64,000 nt of DNA, taken from IMG/VR virus record IMGVR_UViG_3300039008_000120, positions 1-64,000 of that record; one strand, given 5' to 3'. Source of the DNA: a virus. A model generated the notes under the pieces. The model was given only the letters and a program-made list of their open reading frames with translations. It was not told the DNA's origin and did no database searches. Numbering within the stretch: the stretch's first letter is position 1; each line of letters starts with the position of its first letter. Of the stretch, positions 20,609-31,459 are shown piece by piece. A program made the translations under genes and the position numbers.

Positions 20609-20618
20609 TTTTTTTATA
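20609..20618 (-). promoter_or_regulatory. TATAAAAAAA box (late-promoter candidate)
   Basis: Minus-strand CTGTATAAAAAAACATAAT, about 65 nt upstream of the tail-fibre ATG. The same box occurs upstream of the scaffold and capsid genes. Confidence 0.25.
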
Positions 20619-20634
20619 CAGTATGATCAATAAA

Positions 20635-21015
20635 TTAATTGATTATGTTACTTTTACATTTTTTATTTTTACATGTATAACTGATAGAATTTCTTTGCTT
20701 TTTAGTTATATGGTTTTTCTTCATAAAACATCCACATACTTTACACCTATTTACTGATAAGTCCAAAACTTTTGACCTTGAAACGTTATACATGTTTGAA
20801 ACATATTGACGTAATTGTTTTTTAGATAGATCACCAACACTTTCAATGTAACATTCATCAATTATTGTCACCTCAATATTATTATCAATAAAATAATCAA
20901 CATCTCCATCATATAGATATATTTTATTTATAACATGTGTACAATTGCCAATGAAATCTTCAAATTTAGAATTCGGGCAATAATCTAAAATTATTAATTT
21001 AACTAAAAATTCCAT
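20635..21015 (-). CDS. hypothetical Cys-rich protein
   Basis: 126-aa track ORF with CKVCGC ... CKNKKCKS at the C-terminus. Confidence 0.55.
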   Translation of the reverse strand: MEFLVKLIILDYCPNSKFEDFIGNCTHVINKIYLYDGDVDYFIDNNIEVTIIDECYIESVGDLSKKQLRQYVSNMYNVSRSKVLDLSVNRCKVCGCFMKKNHITKKQRNSISYTCKNKKCKSNIIN

Positions 21016-21024
21016 TAATTATCC

Positions 21025-21303
21025 TTACCAATTATAATCACCTGTTTTGATATCTTCGCAAATGTCAATAAAAGCAACAGGATCAATATAATTATTACCC
21101 ATAATTATATCATATAACTCTCCAAATATCACATCTTCATATGTTCCATTGTTAAGCTGAACTTTATACCCTATACCCGGATCACCATACAATTTACCAT
21201 TAACAAAATCCAGATATGCCATGATTAAATTTTTGAACTTTACTTTTTTATCAGTATCATTAAGTTCATTAATGATTGGTGTAATTGCATTAGATAATTC
21301 CAT
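21025..21303 (-). CDS. hypothetical protein
   Basis: 92-aa track ORF. Confidence 0.55.
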   Translation of the reverse strand: MELSNAITPIINELNDTDKKVKFKNLIMAYLDFVNGKLYGDPGIGYKVQLNNGTYEDVIFGELYDIIMGNNYIDPVAFIDICEDIKTGDYNW

Positions 21304-21323
21304 AATAACTCCATTATGTTTTT

Positions 21324-21965
21324 TTATATTATACTTGTAATAAATTTTTTAGCTAAAGTTATATCAATATTCATTTTAAATAAAATATCATATGCTGAAT
21401 AAAAGTCAATAGATTTTTTATATGGTCTATCATTAACTAACGCATCAAATATGTCAATAATACTAACTAGCTTAACATAATTATTACATATTTTAATATT
21501 ATATGGATAACCAGTTCCATTTATATTCTCATGATGAAATAATGCAGTTTGTGCAACGATACTTGGCAATTTTAATGTAGATATAATATTATAACTATAA
21601 ATTGGATGCATATGAATTAAATCATATTCATTATCTGTTAATTGTTCTTTTTTTTGTAAAATTTGTGATGGTATATATAGTTTACCAATATCATGTAATA
21701 CCAACATATATCCCATTAATTTCATTTCACTATAATTAAATTTATAAAACGATGAATACTTTAACATAAATAACATTGATGTGATTAAATGTAATGCAGT
21801 ATAATAATCATGTGATAACATTAATTTTAACTATACTTTAATTTGTTCATCTTCAATAATTTCACATGCAATATTTTTAATTTGTAAATTAAACGAATTT
21901 AATAATAATTTTAATTCATTTTTTAAAGTTCCACCATTGTTAATAATTTCATATAAATTATCCAT
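21324..21965 (-). CDS. HD-GYP domain phosphohydrolase (213 aa, 1 in-frame TAG)
   Basis: Track ORF 21324..21821 extended through TAG at 21831-33 to the ATG at 21965. LHDIGK, HMHP and HHENINGTGYP motifs. Confidence 0.7.
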
Positions 21966-22102
21966 TATATAAACCTAATATAAATATCTACTATTATATA
22001 TATTTAACATTATTAAATAACAAATTAATTATAACTAAAACATAATAAAAAATAACAATTAATTATATAATAATTTTTTAATTTTTTTTTGGAGAATATA
22101 TA

Positions 22103-22723
22103 ATGAATGTTAATATTGAATCTATACGACAAAAAATAAATGAGATAACTGAAAAAATTAATAATGCAACATCTCAAGATGAACGTGATGAGTTGTTCCG
22201 TAAACGTAAATTTTAGTTAAACTCATTACATACTAAAAAACATAAAACTCGACTTGCAGAAATACAACGTTGTGCTAAAAATGCAAAACCTGAACCAGTT
22301 GAACCAAAAACACCTATTAAGGTTGTAATTAAAGAGGTTCCTGTTGAAATCATTAAAGAGGTTCCTGTTGAGGTTCCTGTTGAGGTTCCTGTTGAAAAAG
22401 AAATTTTAGTTGCAACAGATTCATCGGGTATTCCAGATATAATACATACTGATGAATTTATAGCAATACTGAAACAAATTAGAGAAAATTATATTAACAC
22501 CCAAACAAATCTAAAAGTTGGTGATATTGTTACAACCGCAGATAATACCAAAGTAAAAATAAAAGAATTTATCATTGATGAAAAAAGCGTTTTTAATAAA
22601 AATGGTGGAATTTTTGCTAAGGTTAAAAAAATAATGAACAATAAAAATGAAAGTAAACGATTTTTTGGTAAAGATCCAAGAGGGATCCAAGTAACTTTAT
22701 TAAACAAGGTTGAATCAAAATGA
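22103..22723 (+). CDS. hypothetical head-module protein with EVPV repeats (206 aa, 1 in-frame TAG)
   Basis: ATG at 22103 with a GGAG RBS. TAG at 22214-16. The TGA stop overlaps the next ATG (ATGA). Confidence 0.55.
22334..22393 (+). repeat. GAGGTTCCTGTT 12-nt coding repeat (4 copies, 3 in tandem)
   Basis: Copies at 22334, 22358, 22370 and 22382, encoding EVPV units. Confidence 0.85.
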
Positions 22724-24177
22724 CAAATAAAATAAATTTTTTAGATATTTTGCATAATCACGATAAAAAAGAATCAACATCTAGTGCAGATTTTGAACAT
22801 AATGCTCTGTTAAATAATGTAAAATATAAAGAAACTGATACACATATGTAGATTTATAATTTCCCGGGGAGTTTTGGTGACACCCAAAATAAAAATAACA
22901 GAGTATATGATTAGTCAACATTAAAACAAGCAACCACGTAGTTCCTTGATATTAAGGATTCAAACCCCTATTTTACATACATTTTCGATGGACATAGGGA
23001 TGATGATAGCTATGAAAATATTATAGGACGGATAGTAAATCTACACCCTGATGAAAGCACTAAGTGCATTTTAGTTGATCTTAAACTTAACAAAGGTTCA
23101 AAATCTTACAAAACAATCGAAAATATTATCAAAGATAAGGATCCTATCGGAATATCAATGAGAATAATTTCACCAGACACATTAGTTATGTCAAAAGAAG
23201 AGATTAGTCAAATAAATGAAAGTATATTATGGTTAGAAAATGATAACCCTAGTCTTTCAAAATTAATGTCTAATGACGATGAGATTGAATATGTTGTTGG
23301 AGAAGCATTTATATGGAGATTTGATCTAACATAGTTTCCTAGTTTTAACCGATCGTTTGTTGGTGAATTAGGTAAAACAAAAAACGAATCAGCCATTTCA
23401 TTTACAAAAACAATAGATTCATGTGGTTTGTTTGCTAAAAATGATAAGTGTATAACCGACTCTTGTAAGTTTAAACATACAATTAAAAGCTTTTTAGATA
23501 TTATCAATAATAGTAAAGATGAATCAATTACACTAATAAATGAACATCCCACATTATACGATGACATGCTAAAATTTGCATATATGAATTTATCAGAATT
23601 TAACTTTGATGAAATAAATTCAGAAAAATATTTAAGAGAAAAATTATCTGATTTTGAAATATCAAGCGGTGACAAAGATGATTAGATAAAAACCATCAAT
23701 GATATATGTGGTAAAAATAACATATTATCATATGTTACATCAAATAATTTAATTGATGTTGATAAATATGTTAAATTGGTTAATACTACTTTAACTAAGC
23801 TCATTAACGTTGATGAGATTTTTTATCAAATGGTAAGCACTAATTACTTACACTAGTTAATAGTCTCAACATTAATATTAGACAATAAAGTTAATGTAAA
23901 AATAAAAAATATTGACAATTTAAAAACCTTATTACAAGATACTGCTGATATAGAAAAAGATACCAACATTGATATTTTAGTAAAATTTCTAAATGATATG
24001 GATAAAACTGAAATCAATGTATATGATTTTACTAATATGATATTTACTTATATATATGGATACTTTGTTAGGTATACTGATGAAATACCACCAATCACAA
24101 TTCTAAATGAATCATTTAAAAGATTTTATAAACCAAATACAAAAAAACTATTTAAACACTCTTTTGCCAAAAAATAA
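22720..24177 (+). CDS. prohead protease-like protein (T4 gp21-like N-terminal half; 485 aa, 6 in-frame TAG)
   Basis: One frame from 22720 to TAA at 24175-77. TAG at 22849, 22912, 22939, 23332, 23683 and 23854. NKNNRVYD / FDGH / FDLT*FPSF resemble my recollection of gp21 NRNKRLYP / LNHP / VDAVWGPSA. Lies directly upstream of the scaffold and capsid genes. Confidence 0.5.
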
Positions 24178-24208
24178 GCGTTTTACAAAAACTACAAAAA
24201 AACCGATA

Positions 24209-24241
24209 ATGCTCATATATTAAATATATGGGCATTTTTTT
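24209..24241 (+). terminator. rho-independent terminator
   Basis: 12-bp stem ATGCTCATATAT/ATATATGGGCAT (one G-U pair), a 3-nt loop, then a T-run. Confidence 0.6.
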
Positions 24242-24266
24242 ATATAAAAAATCTCTGTTTTTAAAT

Positions 24267-24280
24267 TATATAAAAAAATA
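24267..24280 (+). promoter_or_regulatory. TATATAAAAAAATA box (late-promoter candidate)
   Basis: About 60 nt upstream of the scaffold ATG. A second TATATAAAAAAT lies at 24241-24252. Confidence 0.25.
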
Positions 24281-24339
24281 TAATTAATATGGTAACATTA
24301 TTTAGTTTTAAAATAACCAACAATAAAAAGGTAATATAC

Positions 24340-26040
24340 ATGTTAAAGAATAAGTTAATTAAACAGTTAAAAGACCTTATTTCTACAAAGAAAGAAGGTG
24401 AAATGACTGTTAAATTAGATGATGAGTCATCTAATATTTATGCAGAATTGTTAATACCGTTTATGGAGTTAACTCAGTCTGAAACACTAGAAGAGCTATC
24501 AATTGCTTTAAATGCATTAGTTGATAATAATGAAGCAGATGAACTCTATAAAAGTATTATCACAATTTTCATGGAAGAAATTAGTGAAGTAGATGAGTAT
24601 GATAAGGAACTTGATACACTTTCAGATAATATCATTGCCGTTTCTAATACATTCAATAATCTTAAAGAACAAAAAATAGTAAACGATGACAAAACTGAAT
24701 CTACTGAATTTGATAAGCTATCAGATGAAATTGTTAAATTTCTAAATGAAGATAATAATGGTGATACTAATGATGGTGGCGATGTAAATAACACTGATGG
24801 TACTGGAGACGTCAATACAAACGATGGTAATACCCCTGATAATACACCATCTGGTGATGAGAATGTTTTAGGTGACTATATACTATCCGATGATATTGAT
24901 GAAACTAAATGGTCTGAGATAAATAAAATCGAGTTAAAAAATCGTCTTGAAACAGAATTAACAAATGCTCCTGATGATAAAAAAGAAGATATAAAAAAAG
25001 TAATTAATGAAGTATATGCGATCGTTAGATCAGATGATAAAGCAGACTAGCTTTACCCACATCATACAATAAATGATAAAAATGAAATTCAACTAAATAA
25101 AAATGGTTTAACATCCGCAACACTAATGTTCCTTAAACCAAGTAATAGTAAAAATCTAACAACAGATGAAAAAACTGCTATTGCAAAACACCTAGTTAAA
25201 CATTACTCAAAAAATGAGATTGATGCACCTGCTAAACTTACTAAATTATCAGAATCTAAAGAGTCCACCATCATAATCAACGTAACAGATGATGAAATGA
25301 CAGAATTTGGTGAATTTTTTAAAGTCGGGGCTGGTGATGTTGGTGTATATGTTGGACTCATTGAAAACCTTTTAACTGACTTAACAAATTCTGGAATTAT
25401 TCAGTTAGATGGAAATGATGATAACAGCAACTATGATGAATCAGTTATTAGTGTTAAGTTGAACAAAGATCAAGTTAAAGAGGTTATCAATTATTTAGAT
25501 ATTATAAGCACTGATGTAATTAAATTACTATCGAATGATTTTGACTCTCTTTCATATAAAGCAACTGATGATGAATTAACTACATCATTTAAAGAAGCAA
25601 CCGCTATGGTAACATCTTTAAAAGAAAACGTTGAAGAGCTTGAGTCAACAATTGCTGAGCGAGATGAAGAAATTGCATCATTAAAGCTCAAAACTGATAG
25701 TGAAACATTAAATAAAAGCAAGTTTGAAGCAATTATCAACTTTATAAAAACAATTGAAGATGTAGATGATAATATTTTAAATTTCATGGAAAGTGTTATC
25801 GAAACAAATAATGAAAATGAAATTAATTATCTCCTTAAATTAAGTGGAAATTTCATGAAACAAACAAATAAACCACCTACATTTAAAAAGGTTAGTATGA
25901 TTAATCAGGTTGATTCTCAAAGTTTAGAAAGATTTAATAACATTCTAAATAATGATGTAGTAAATCAATCAAACAACGAATCAACTAAAATTACAGATGA
26001 AGTTTCAAAAACCGTTAATTCTATTGCGGAATTATTTTAA
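24340..26040 (+). CDS. scaffolding-like acidic protein (566 aa, 1 in-frame TAG)
   Basis: Track ORFs 24289..25050 and 25126..26040 share a frame and are joined by TAG at 25048-50. Start moved to the ATG at 24340 (AAGGT RBS). Acidic and coiled-coil-like, with an AD*LYPHH motif. Confidence 0.55.
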
Positions 26041-26083
26041 TAAGTAATGTAATAAAAGATAATTAATTAATAAACTACTAAAA

Positions 26084-26095
26084 TATAAAAAAATA
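26084..26095 (+). promoter_or_regulatory. TATAAAAAAATA box (late-promoter candidate)
   Basis: Lies 14 nt before the capsid gene's AAAGGG RBS. Confidence 0.25.
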
Positions 26096-26108
26096 AAGGG
26101 TTAAAATA

Positions 26109-27236
26109 ATGAAAAAACCGATGATTGATATTAGTAAGATTGGATTAGACAATAAAGAATCATTAGAAGTTGCAGGGTTCACTTCTAAAGCTAAAGAAAA
26201 GTATCAATTAGATGCTCATAAAAGTGATACTCTAAATTTAATGTATTCAAACATTTATCGTCAATTTAAAGTATTTAAGGAATCCAATGCTGGACAGGTT
26301 TCCAGCGATATTGAACCATTTAGAAATATTGCGATTGTTGCTACAACTAAATTCTTCACTCAAAATATTTTAAATAAATTGGTATCCATGCAGACAACAG
26401 ATAGTCCATATGGTTTAATTACATATGTTGATTTTCAGTATGCTGATGATCATACACCTGATAATATAAAAGCTGGGGATTCTATAGTAAAAAGATCAAA
26501 AACATATGGAAATCACGACACTGAACAAACAAAATCAAGAAGAATTAAAACAAGCGTAACAAACAAGCCTATTACTGCTGGTGTGAGAACAATTGAAGCG
26601 AGTTATACATTAGAATCTTGGTTGGCTATGGCATCTATTAAAGGACAAAAAGATGCCAAAAACTTTTTAGATAAAACATATCTCGAAGTAATTGCATCTA
26701 AATTAAGGGATGAAGCAGAATTTGCTACAATGGATGCACTTTATTCTGCATGTTTACCTCAGCATATTGTACCATTTAGTGTTGATGGTACTGATTGTGA
26801 TGCAAGAGATTGTGATGCTAGAAAATTCCTAGATAGCATCGAAGAGGCTGGGCAGAGAGTGTACGATACACACAAAGTATAGCCTAACACAATTGTAGTT
26901 GGTTCAGACGCAATGAAAATCATTCGCCGTGGTGAAGTGAAGATTGTTAATAAAAAAGGTTCTGATGGTTTACCATCATCTGTTGCTCGAAATTATCAGG
27001 GTGTAATGGATGATAGATATTCAATACTATATGACCCAGAGCTTTCGGGAGCATTAATGACTTGGAAAGACTCTAATTCAACGTTCGGAGCATCCGCCGT
27101 ATATACAAGTGTGGTGCCTCTTGCTGTAACTCCACCTATAACAGAGAAAGACTTAAGCACTTACCGTGTAGTTTATACAGTTGACAGTGTTGACGTAGTT
27201 CATCCAGAGTTAATTGCACGAGTAGATATAGTTTAA
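26109..27236 (+). CDS. major capsid protein (375 aa, 1 in-frame TAG)
   Basis: Track ORFs 26109..26882 and 26913..27236 share a frame and are joined by TAG at 26880-82. Follows the protease and scaffold genes, and a strong terminator follows it. Confidence 0.65.
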
Positions 27237-27245
27237 TAAATAAAA

Positions 27246-27272
27246 AGGTGCTTGAAATATAGCACCTTTTTT
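27246..27272 (+). terminator. rho-independent terminator after the capsid gene
   Basis: AGGTGCT/AGCACCT stem with an 8-nt loop and a T6 run. Confidence 0.75.
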
Positions 27273-27672
27273 GATAAGATATAAATCAGTTTATGTAATA
27301 GACTTACCTATCACATAAGGGGATTATAATATGACAGCAATATGTGAAATATGTAATGAAAATTTTTATGATAATTATAGAAAATTATCCCATCATTTAC
27401 GTTCAGTTCATGGATTAAATGCCAAAGAATATCATGACACTATATTAAAAACACCAAATTCATGTAATAATACTAATTGCTCAAAACATGTTAATTTTAA
27501 AAACTTACAAATTGGTTATTTAAAATATTGTAGTAAATCTTGTGCAATAAATGAAATGGATAGAGAAAAAGCAACAAAAGAATATAAAAAAAACATGATC
27601 AATAAATATGGAGTAGATAATCCTTCTAAAATTAAACATGTTAAAGATAAAAGAAAAAAAACAAACATCAAG

Positions 27673-27747
27673 CGATACGGCGGTATCGCTCCGATATGCT
27701 CTGATGTAATTAAAAGTAAAATAAAAGAAACTAATATTAAACGATAT
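27673..27747 (+). repeat. 75-nt perfect direct repeat, copy 1
   Basis: Identical to 27949-28023 (offset 276 nt = 92 codons). Encodes RYGGIAPICSDVIKSKIKETNIKRY. Confidence 0.9.
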
Positions 27748-27948
27748 GGAGTAGATAACCCGTCTAAGCATCAAGATATCAAAGATCGGATTAAACACAC
27801 AAATAAGCAAAGATATGGTGTTGAAAATGTTTTCCAATGTGTTCATATTCAAAATCAAATAAAACAACAATATTTAGTGCAATATGGGGTAGATAACCCA
27901 TCTAAGTGCGAAGATGTAAAGAATAAAAAACAAAAAACTAATATTGAA

Positions 27949-28023
27949 CGATACGGCGGTATCGCTCCGATATGCTCTGATGTAATTAAAAGTAAAATAA
28001 AAGAAACTAATATTAAACGATAT
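27949..28023 (+). repeat. 75-nt perfect direct repeat, copy 2
   Basis: Identical to 27673-27747. Confidence 0.9.
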
Positions 28024-29122
28024 AACACTGATAATTATATGCAATCAGAAACACTTATTGAATATTATAAAACTAAATACAATTTGATATTAGCTCAAAA
28101 TAATTTAAAATTTATATCAGATTATACAACAACTGACAATATATATGATTTTGAATGTACTAAGTGTGGTCATAAATTTACACGCTATTTTAATACTACA
28201 TCAATGCCGAAACTCACATGCCCTAATTGCAATAAAGGAACAATGATAGAAAACTTAATAAAAGAAATTTTAAATAACAATAATATCAAATTTATAGTTA
28301 ATGATAGAAATGTTATAGCCCCATATGAATTAGATTTTTATTTACCTGAGTATAATATTGGAATTGAATGTCATGGTTTATATTGGCATTCTGAACAGTT
28401 TTTAAAAAAACATACAAAAGGTAATCCTAAACACTATCATTTAAACAAATTAAATTACTGTACCAATGCAGGTATAGAATTATTACAATTTTATGAAGAT
28501 GAAATTTTAAATAAATTTGATATAATTTCAGGTATTATTTTATCAAAGTGTAATAGATTAAAACCGATTTGTTATGCCCGTAATACTGAAATTAAACTTA
28601 TAAATAATTCGGTTGCTAATGATTTTCTTGAATTAAACCATTTACACGGTAGATCAAGTAAAGAAATATCACTGGGTGCATATTTTGATGATACATTAAT
28701 TGCTGTTATGACATTTAAAAAATCTGCAATAAGTCGATCTAATTATGATACATGGGAATTAGATCGATTTTGTACATTAAATAATTGTCATATACCGGGA
28801 ATCGCAAGTAAATTATTTAAATATTTTATTAAACACAATCCTGATATTAATAAAATTACAACATACGCTGACTTGAGATTTAGTGTAGGTAACTTGTATA
28901 AACAATTAGGATTTAATTTTATACACCAAAGTAAACCAAATTATTTTTACATAATCAATAAATCTCGTAAACATAGATTTTCTTTTAGAAAGTCAATATT
29001 AAAATCCAAATTAAGTGGATTTGATAATAACTTAACTGAATATAATAATATGCTAAACCATGGTATTGATAGAATTTGGGATTGCGGTCACTTAAAATTT
29101 GAATGGAATCGTTAATAATAAA

Positions 29123-29168
29123 TGTGCTATTTTTTAACGTTTATTAAAAAACTACAAAAAATAGCACA
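29123..29168. terminator. 13-bp hairpin between convergent genes
   Basis: TGTGCTATTTTTT pairs with AAAAAATAGCACA around a 20-nt loop. Confidence 0.6.
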
Positions 29169-29187
29169 AAATAATATTCAAAAAAGC

Positions 29188-29730
29188 TTATTTTATTTTA
29201 TGTTGTAAGTCTTTTTGCATTTGTGTAATGTACATAGTTGAACACCGCTTTGCTATATATGTAAGATGACGATCATCTAAATTTTTATGTAATAACCCTG
29301 ACCGCTTTCTAACACTTAGCACTGAACTATTTTTATAAATTTGTCTTTTTTTATTAATGTTTTTTATAAATTCATCTGTTTTAAATTCAATAACACCATA
29401 CTTGTTATTAATTTTTTCAGCATATGATATAGCATCTGAAACTAAGAAGGTTGGTACACAAAAATAATATCGATTAGGTATCAACCATGGTAATATTGTT
29501 TCATTTTTTTTAATCTGATATGACTTATGTTTATCAGATTTATGTTTCAATTCGTTTAATAAGTCTGATTTTGAAATTTTTATTTCAACTTCAACAATTT
29601 CTTTTTTCTTTAAATTTAATGCAACTACATCCATATAATTATACTCAGTTGCACTTATACAACCCTTTTCAAAACGATACTATTCCATAAGGGCTAATTT
29701 TAATTCAAAACTTGTAATTTTATAATTCAT
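29188..29730 (-). CDS. MmcB-like / PD-(D/E)XK nuclease-fold protein (180 aa, 1 in-frame TAG)
   Basis: Track ORF 29188..29634 extended through TAG at 29680-82 to the ATG at 29730 (AAAGGA RBS). DVVALN...EVEIKISKSD pattern. Confidence 0.45.
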
Positions 29731-29879
29731 CAATATTTTGTCCTTTCAATTATTGGATGAGAATTTGGTGTCAGTTTTATATCGCATTTGTATATATATG
29801 TAAACATAATAAATATTACTAAATATACAATAAATGATATAACAGTTATCTTATTATCTATATTATTTTTTAATTGCAT
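29730..29879 (-). CDS. small membrane protein (49 aa)
   Basis: ATG at 29879 with an AGGTGA RBS. TM-like ITVISFIVYLVIFIMFTYIY. The TGA stop overlaps the next ATG (TGATG). Below the track cutoff. Confidence 0.45.
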   Translation of the reverse strand: MQLKNNIDNKITVISFIVYLVIFIMFTYIYKCDIKLTPNSHPIIERTKY

Positions 29880-29903
29880 AATACAACTTTCACCTATACT
29901 ATT

Positions 29904-30152
29904 TTAATATTTATCCATATTGGCAACTGATTGTGCAAAAATTACTGCATATTTCTGCTCCCCAAATAACCCATGTACTCTTGGTGGTACTTCACCCTTA
30001 TTTGATATAGTTTCAACAACTGCCCACGTTGTATGTATATTATCACAGTTAAGACGTTTTTGGGGATCATGACAAACTATTAGGTTACCAGCAACGGGTA
30101 GATCCTGTAACGGAATATCTAAATAATTACTATTATATATTATAACTTCCAT
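29904..30152 (-). CDS. hypothetical protein
   Basis: 82-aa track ORF. Confidence 0.55.
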   Translation of the reverse strand: MEVIIYNSNYLDIPLQDLPVAGNLIVCHDPQKRLNCDNIHTTWAVVETISNKGEVPPRVHGLFGEQKYAVIFAQSVANMDKY

Positions 30153-30163
30153 ATCAGAACCTC

Positions 30164-30388
30164 CTATTCACCCTTCATTTTCCAACATTCATATAAATAT
30201 AAAAACGGTGCTATATTTTCTCTTTCTTCACTCCATAAAACAACATTCCCGGATTCTTTTTCAACAAGACACCACATTTTTTTTCTAAATGTTTCATATT
30301 TATAATGACATTCACCATGATAGAAGTCCGTACAAACACGTCCTTCTATTTCAAAGTCTCTTTTTTCGATACTAAACATTTTATACAT
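30164..30388 (-). CDS. hypothetical protein
   Basis: 74-aa track ORF. Confidence 0.5.
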   Translation of the reverse strand: MYKMFSIEKRDFEIEGRVCTDFYHGECHYKYETFRKKMWCLVEKESGNVVLWSEERENIAPFLYLYECWKMKGE

Positions 30389-30661
30389 TTATTGGTTATC
30401 CTTTATAATCAATGAATATTTATCTTCAAAAAGTTCGGCAGACATAAAAGATATTTCACTATTGGAATTTACTATATAATATCCACCTATATGAGGATCA
30501 TATTTTAAAACATAGTGTTTACTAACTGTAACTGGTGGATATTTTTTTAATTCTGGATAAATTATAGCATATTTATTTTTATACTCAATTCGTCCTATCT
30601 TTAGTCCATATACCTCTTCATGTCGTCCATATTTTGGGAGTTCCGATATTAGTTTATCCAT
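30389..30661 (-). CDS. hypothetical protein
   Basis: Track ORF trimmed to the ATG at 30661, which overlaps the upstream TGA (TGATG). Confidence 0.55.
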   Translation of the reverse strand: MDKLISELPKYGRHEEVYGLKIGRIEYKNKYAIIYPELKKYPPVTVSKHYVLKYDPHIGGYYIVNSNSEISFMSAELFEDKYSLIIKDNQ

Positions 30662-30891
30662 CAACCCACCTGAATTAACTTAATAGATTTTTCAAAATCT
30701 TTCCATGCTTTACTTTGTTTTATAATATCATGGTCACACAGTACATCATCAATAACTTGAGTAGAAACCATTGCTAGTTTTAATAATATTTTAGAACAAC
30801 TTGCGGATGGCTGTTCAAATGTTCGTATTTGCCATTCACAAAATTCAAAAAACTCTGATAGTTCCATATAATCATCCAATCTACTTTTCAT
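30661..30891 (-). CDS. hypothetical protein
   Basis: Track ORF 30661..30993 trimmed to an internal ATG (30891; 30867 is the alternative) because the upstream gene occupies 30872..31072 in another frame. Confidence 0.45.
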   Translation of the reverse strand: MKSRLDDYMELSEFFEFCEWQIRTFEQPSASCSKILLKLAMVSTQVIDDVLCDHDIIKQSKAWKDFEKSIKLIQVG

Positions 30892-31072
30892 GTTTATATT
30901 TATATGATAATTCACCTGTACAAGTTTCTCTGCAATTTTTATCATATCGGTTTTCAAGCCACTCGATGTAATCATCGGTAAAGATAAAATCACCCATTGC
31001 TAAACTACCAACATGTGGTTTTTTTCCTGTTTCATATGTATATATATCATGTAAGTTCATACACTCTACCAT
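30872..31072 (-). CDS. hypothetical protein (66 aa, 1 in-frame TAG)
   Basis: Track ORF 30881..31072 ends in TAG. Two more codons lead to TGA at 30872-74. Confidence 0.5.
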
Positions 31073-31080
31073 AAATATTG

Positions 31081-31437
31081 TTAAATAAATTTGATATTTT
31101 GAACATAAACATTCTCTACTGTTCCATCGGATTTTTCAATCAAAGCCGTTGAAAAATTTCCTGCTCCTGATTCAAATTCTTCATAATCAATACCAAATTG
31201 ATGAAACACACCAATATACATTAAATGCTGTTTTTTACAATTATCATAGACTTCAACTTTCCTCACTGTATTATCCTTAACAACAGCATCAGTCGGTTTT
31301 TTTTCAGTATCAGAATATTTATCCATAACACTATTAATAGCACTCCACACTTCCGACTTATATCCATGAAAATCTTCACCAGTTAATTCAACTAGTCTAT
31401 CAATTAATTCACTTATAAATTGGTATTTAGTATTCAA
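31081..31437 (-). CDS. hypothetical protein
   Basis: Track ORF 31081..31515 trimmed to TTG at 31437, preceded by a GGAGG RBS and lying downstream of the chemoreceptor stop. Confidence 0.45.
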   Translation of the reverse strand: MNTKYQFISELIDRLVELTGEDFHGYKSEVWSAINSVMDKYSDTEKKPTDAVVKDNTVRKVEVYDNCKKQHLMYIGVFHQFGIDYEEFESGAGNFSTALIEKSDGTVENVYVQNIKFI

Positions 31438-31459
31438 TATTATTTCCTCCAGATATATA

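Larger units (their letters stand above)
27331..29115 (+). mobile_element. free-standing homing-endonuclease-like gene (C2H2 finger, YGV(D/E)N repeats, Vsr/PD-(D/E)XK-like core)
   Basis: 594-aa track ORF. CEICNENF...HHLRSVH, six or more KYGVDNPSK-type repeats, CTKCGH..CPNC, ELDFYLPEYNIGIECHGLYWHSE. Inserted between the capsid gene and the next operon and flanked by its own terminators. Confidence 0.6.

Noticed and set aside
22334-22393. Regularly spaced identical 12-mers, considered as a mini CRISPR-like array.
   Set aside because: The units are directly adjacent with no spacers, lie in frame inside a CDS, and encode EVPV repeats.
30661-31072. Overlapping track ORFs 30881..31072 and 30661..30993, considered as a programmed frameshift pair.
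   Set aside because: Reading through the TAG ends the first gene at TGA 30872. In-frame ATGs at 30891 and 30867 give a conventional downstream gene, and no slippery heptamer was seen.
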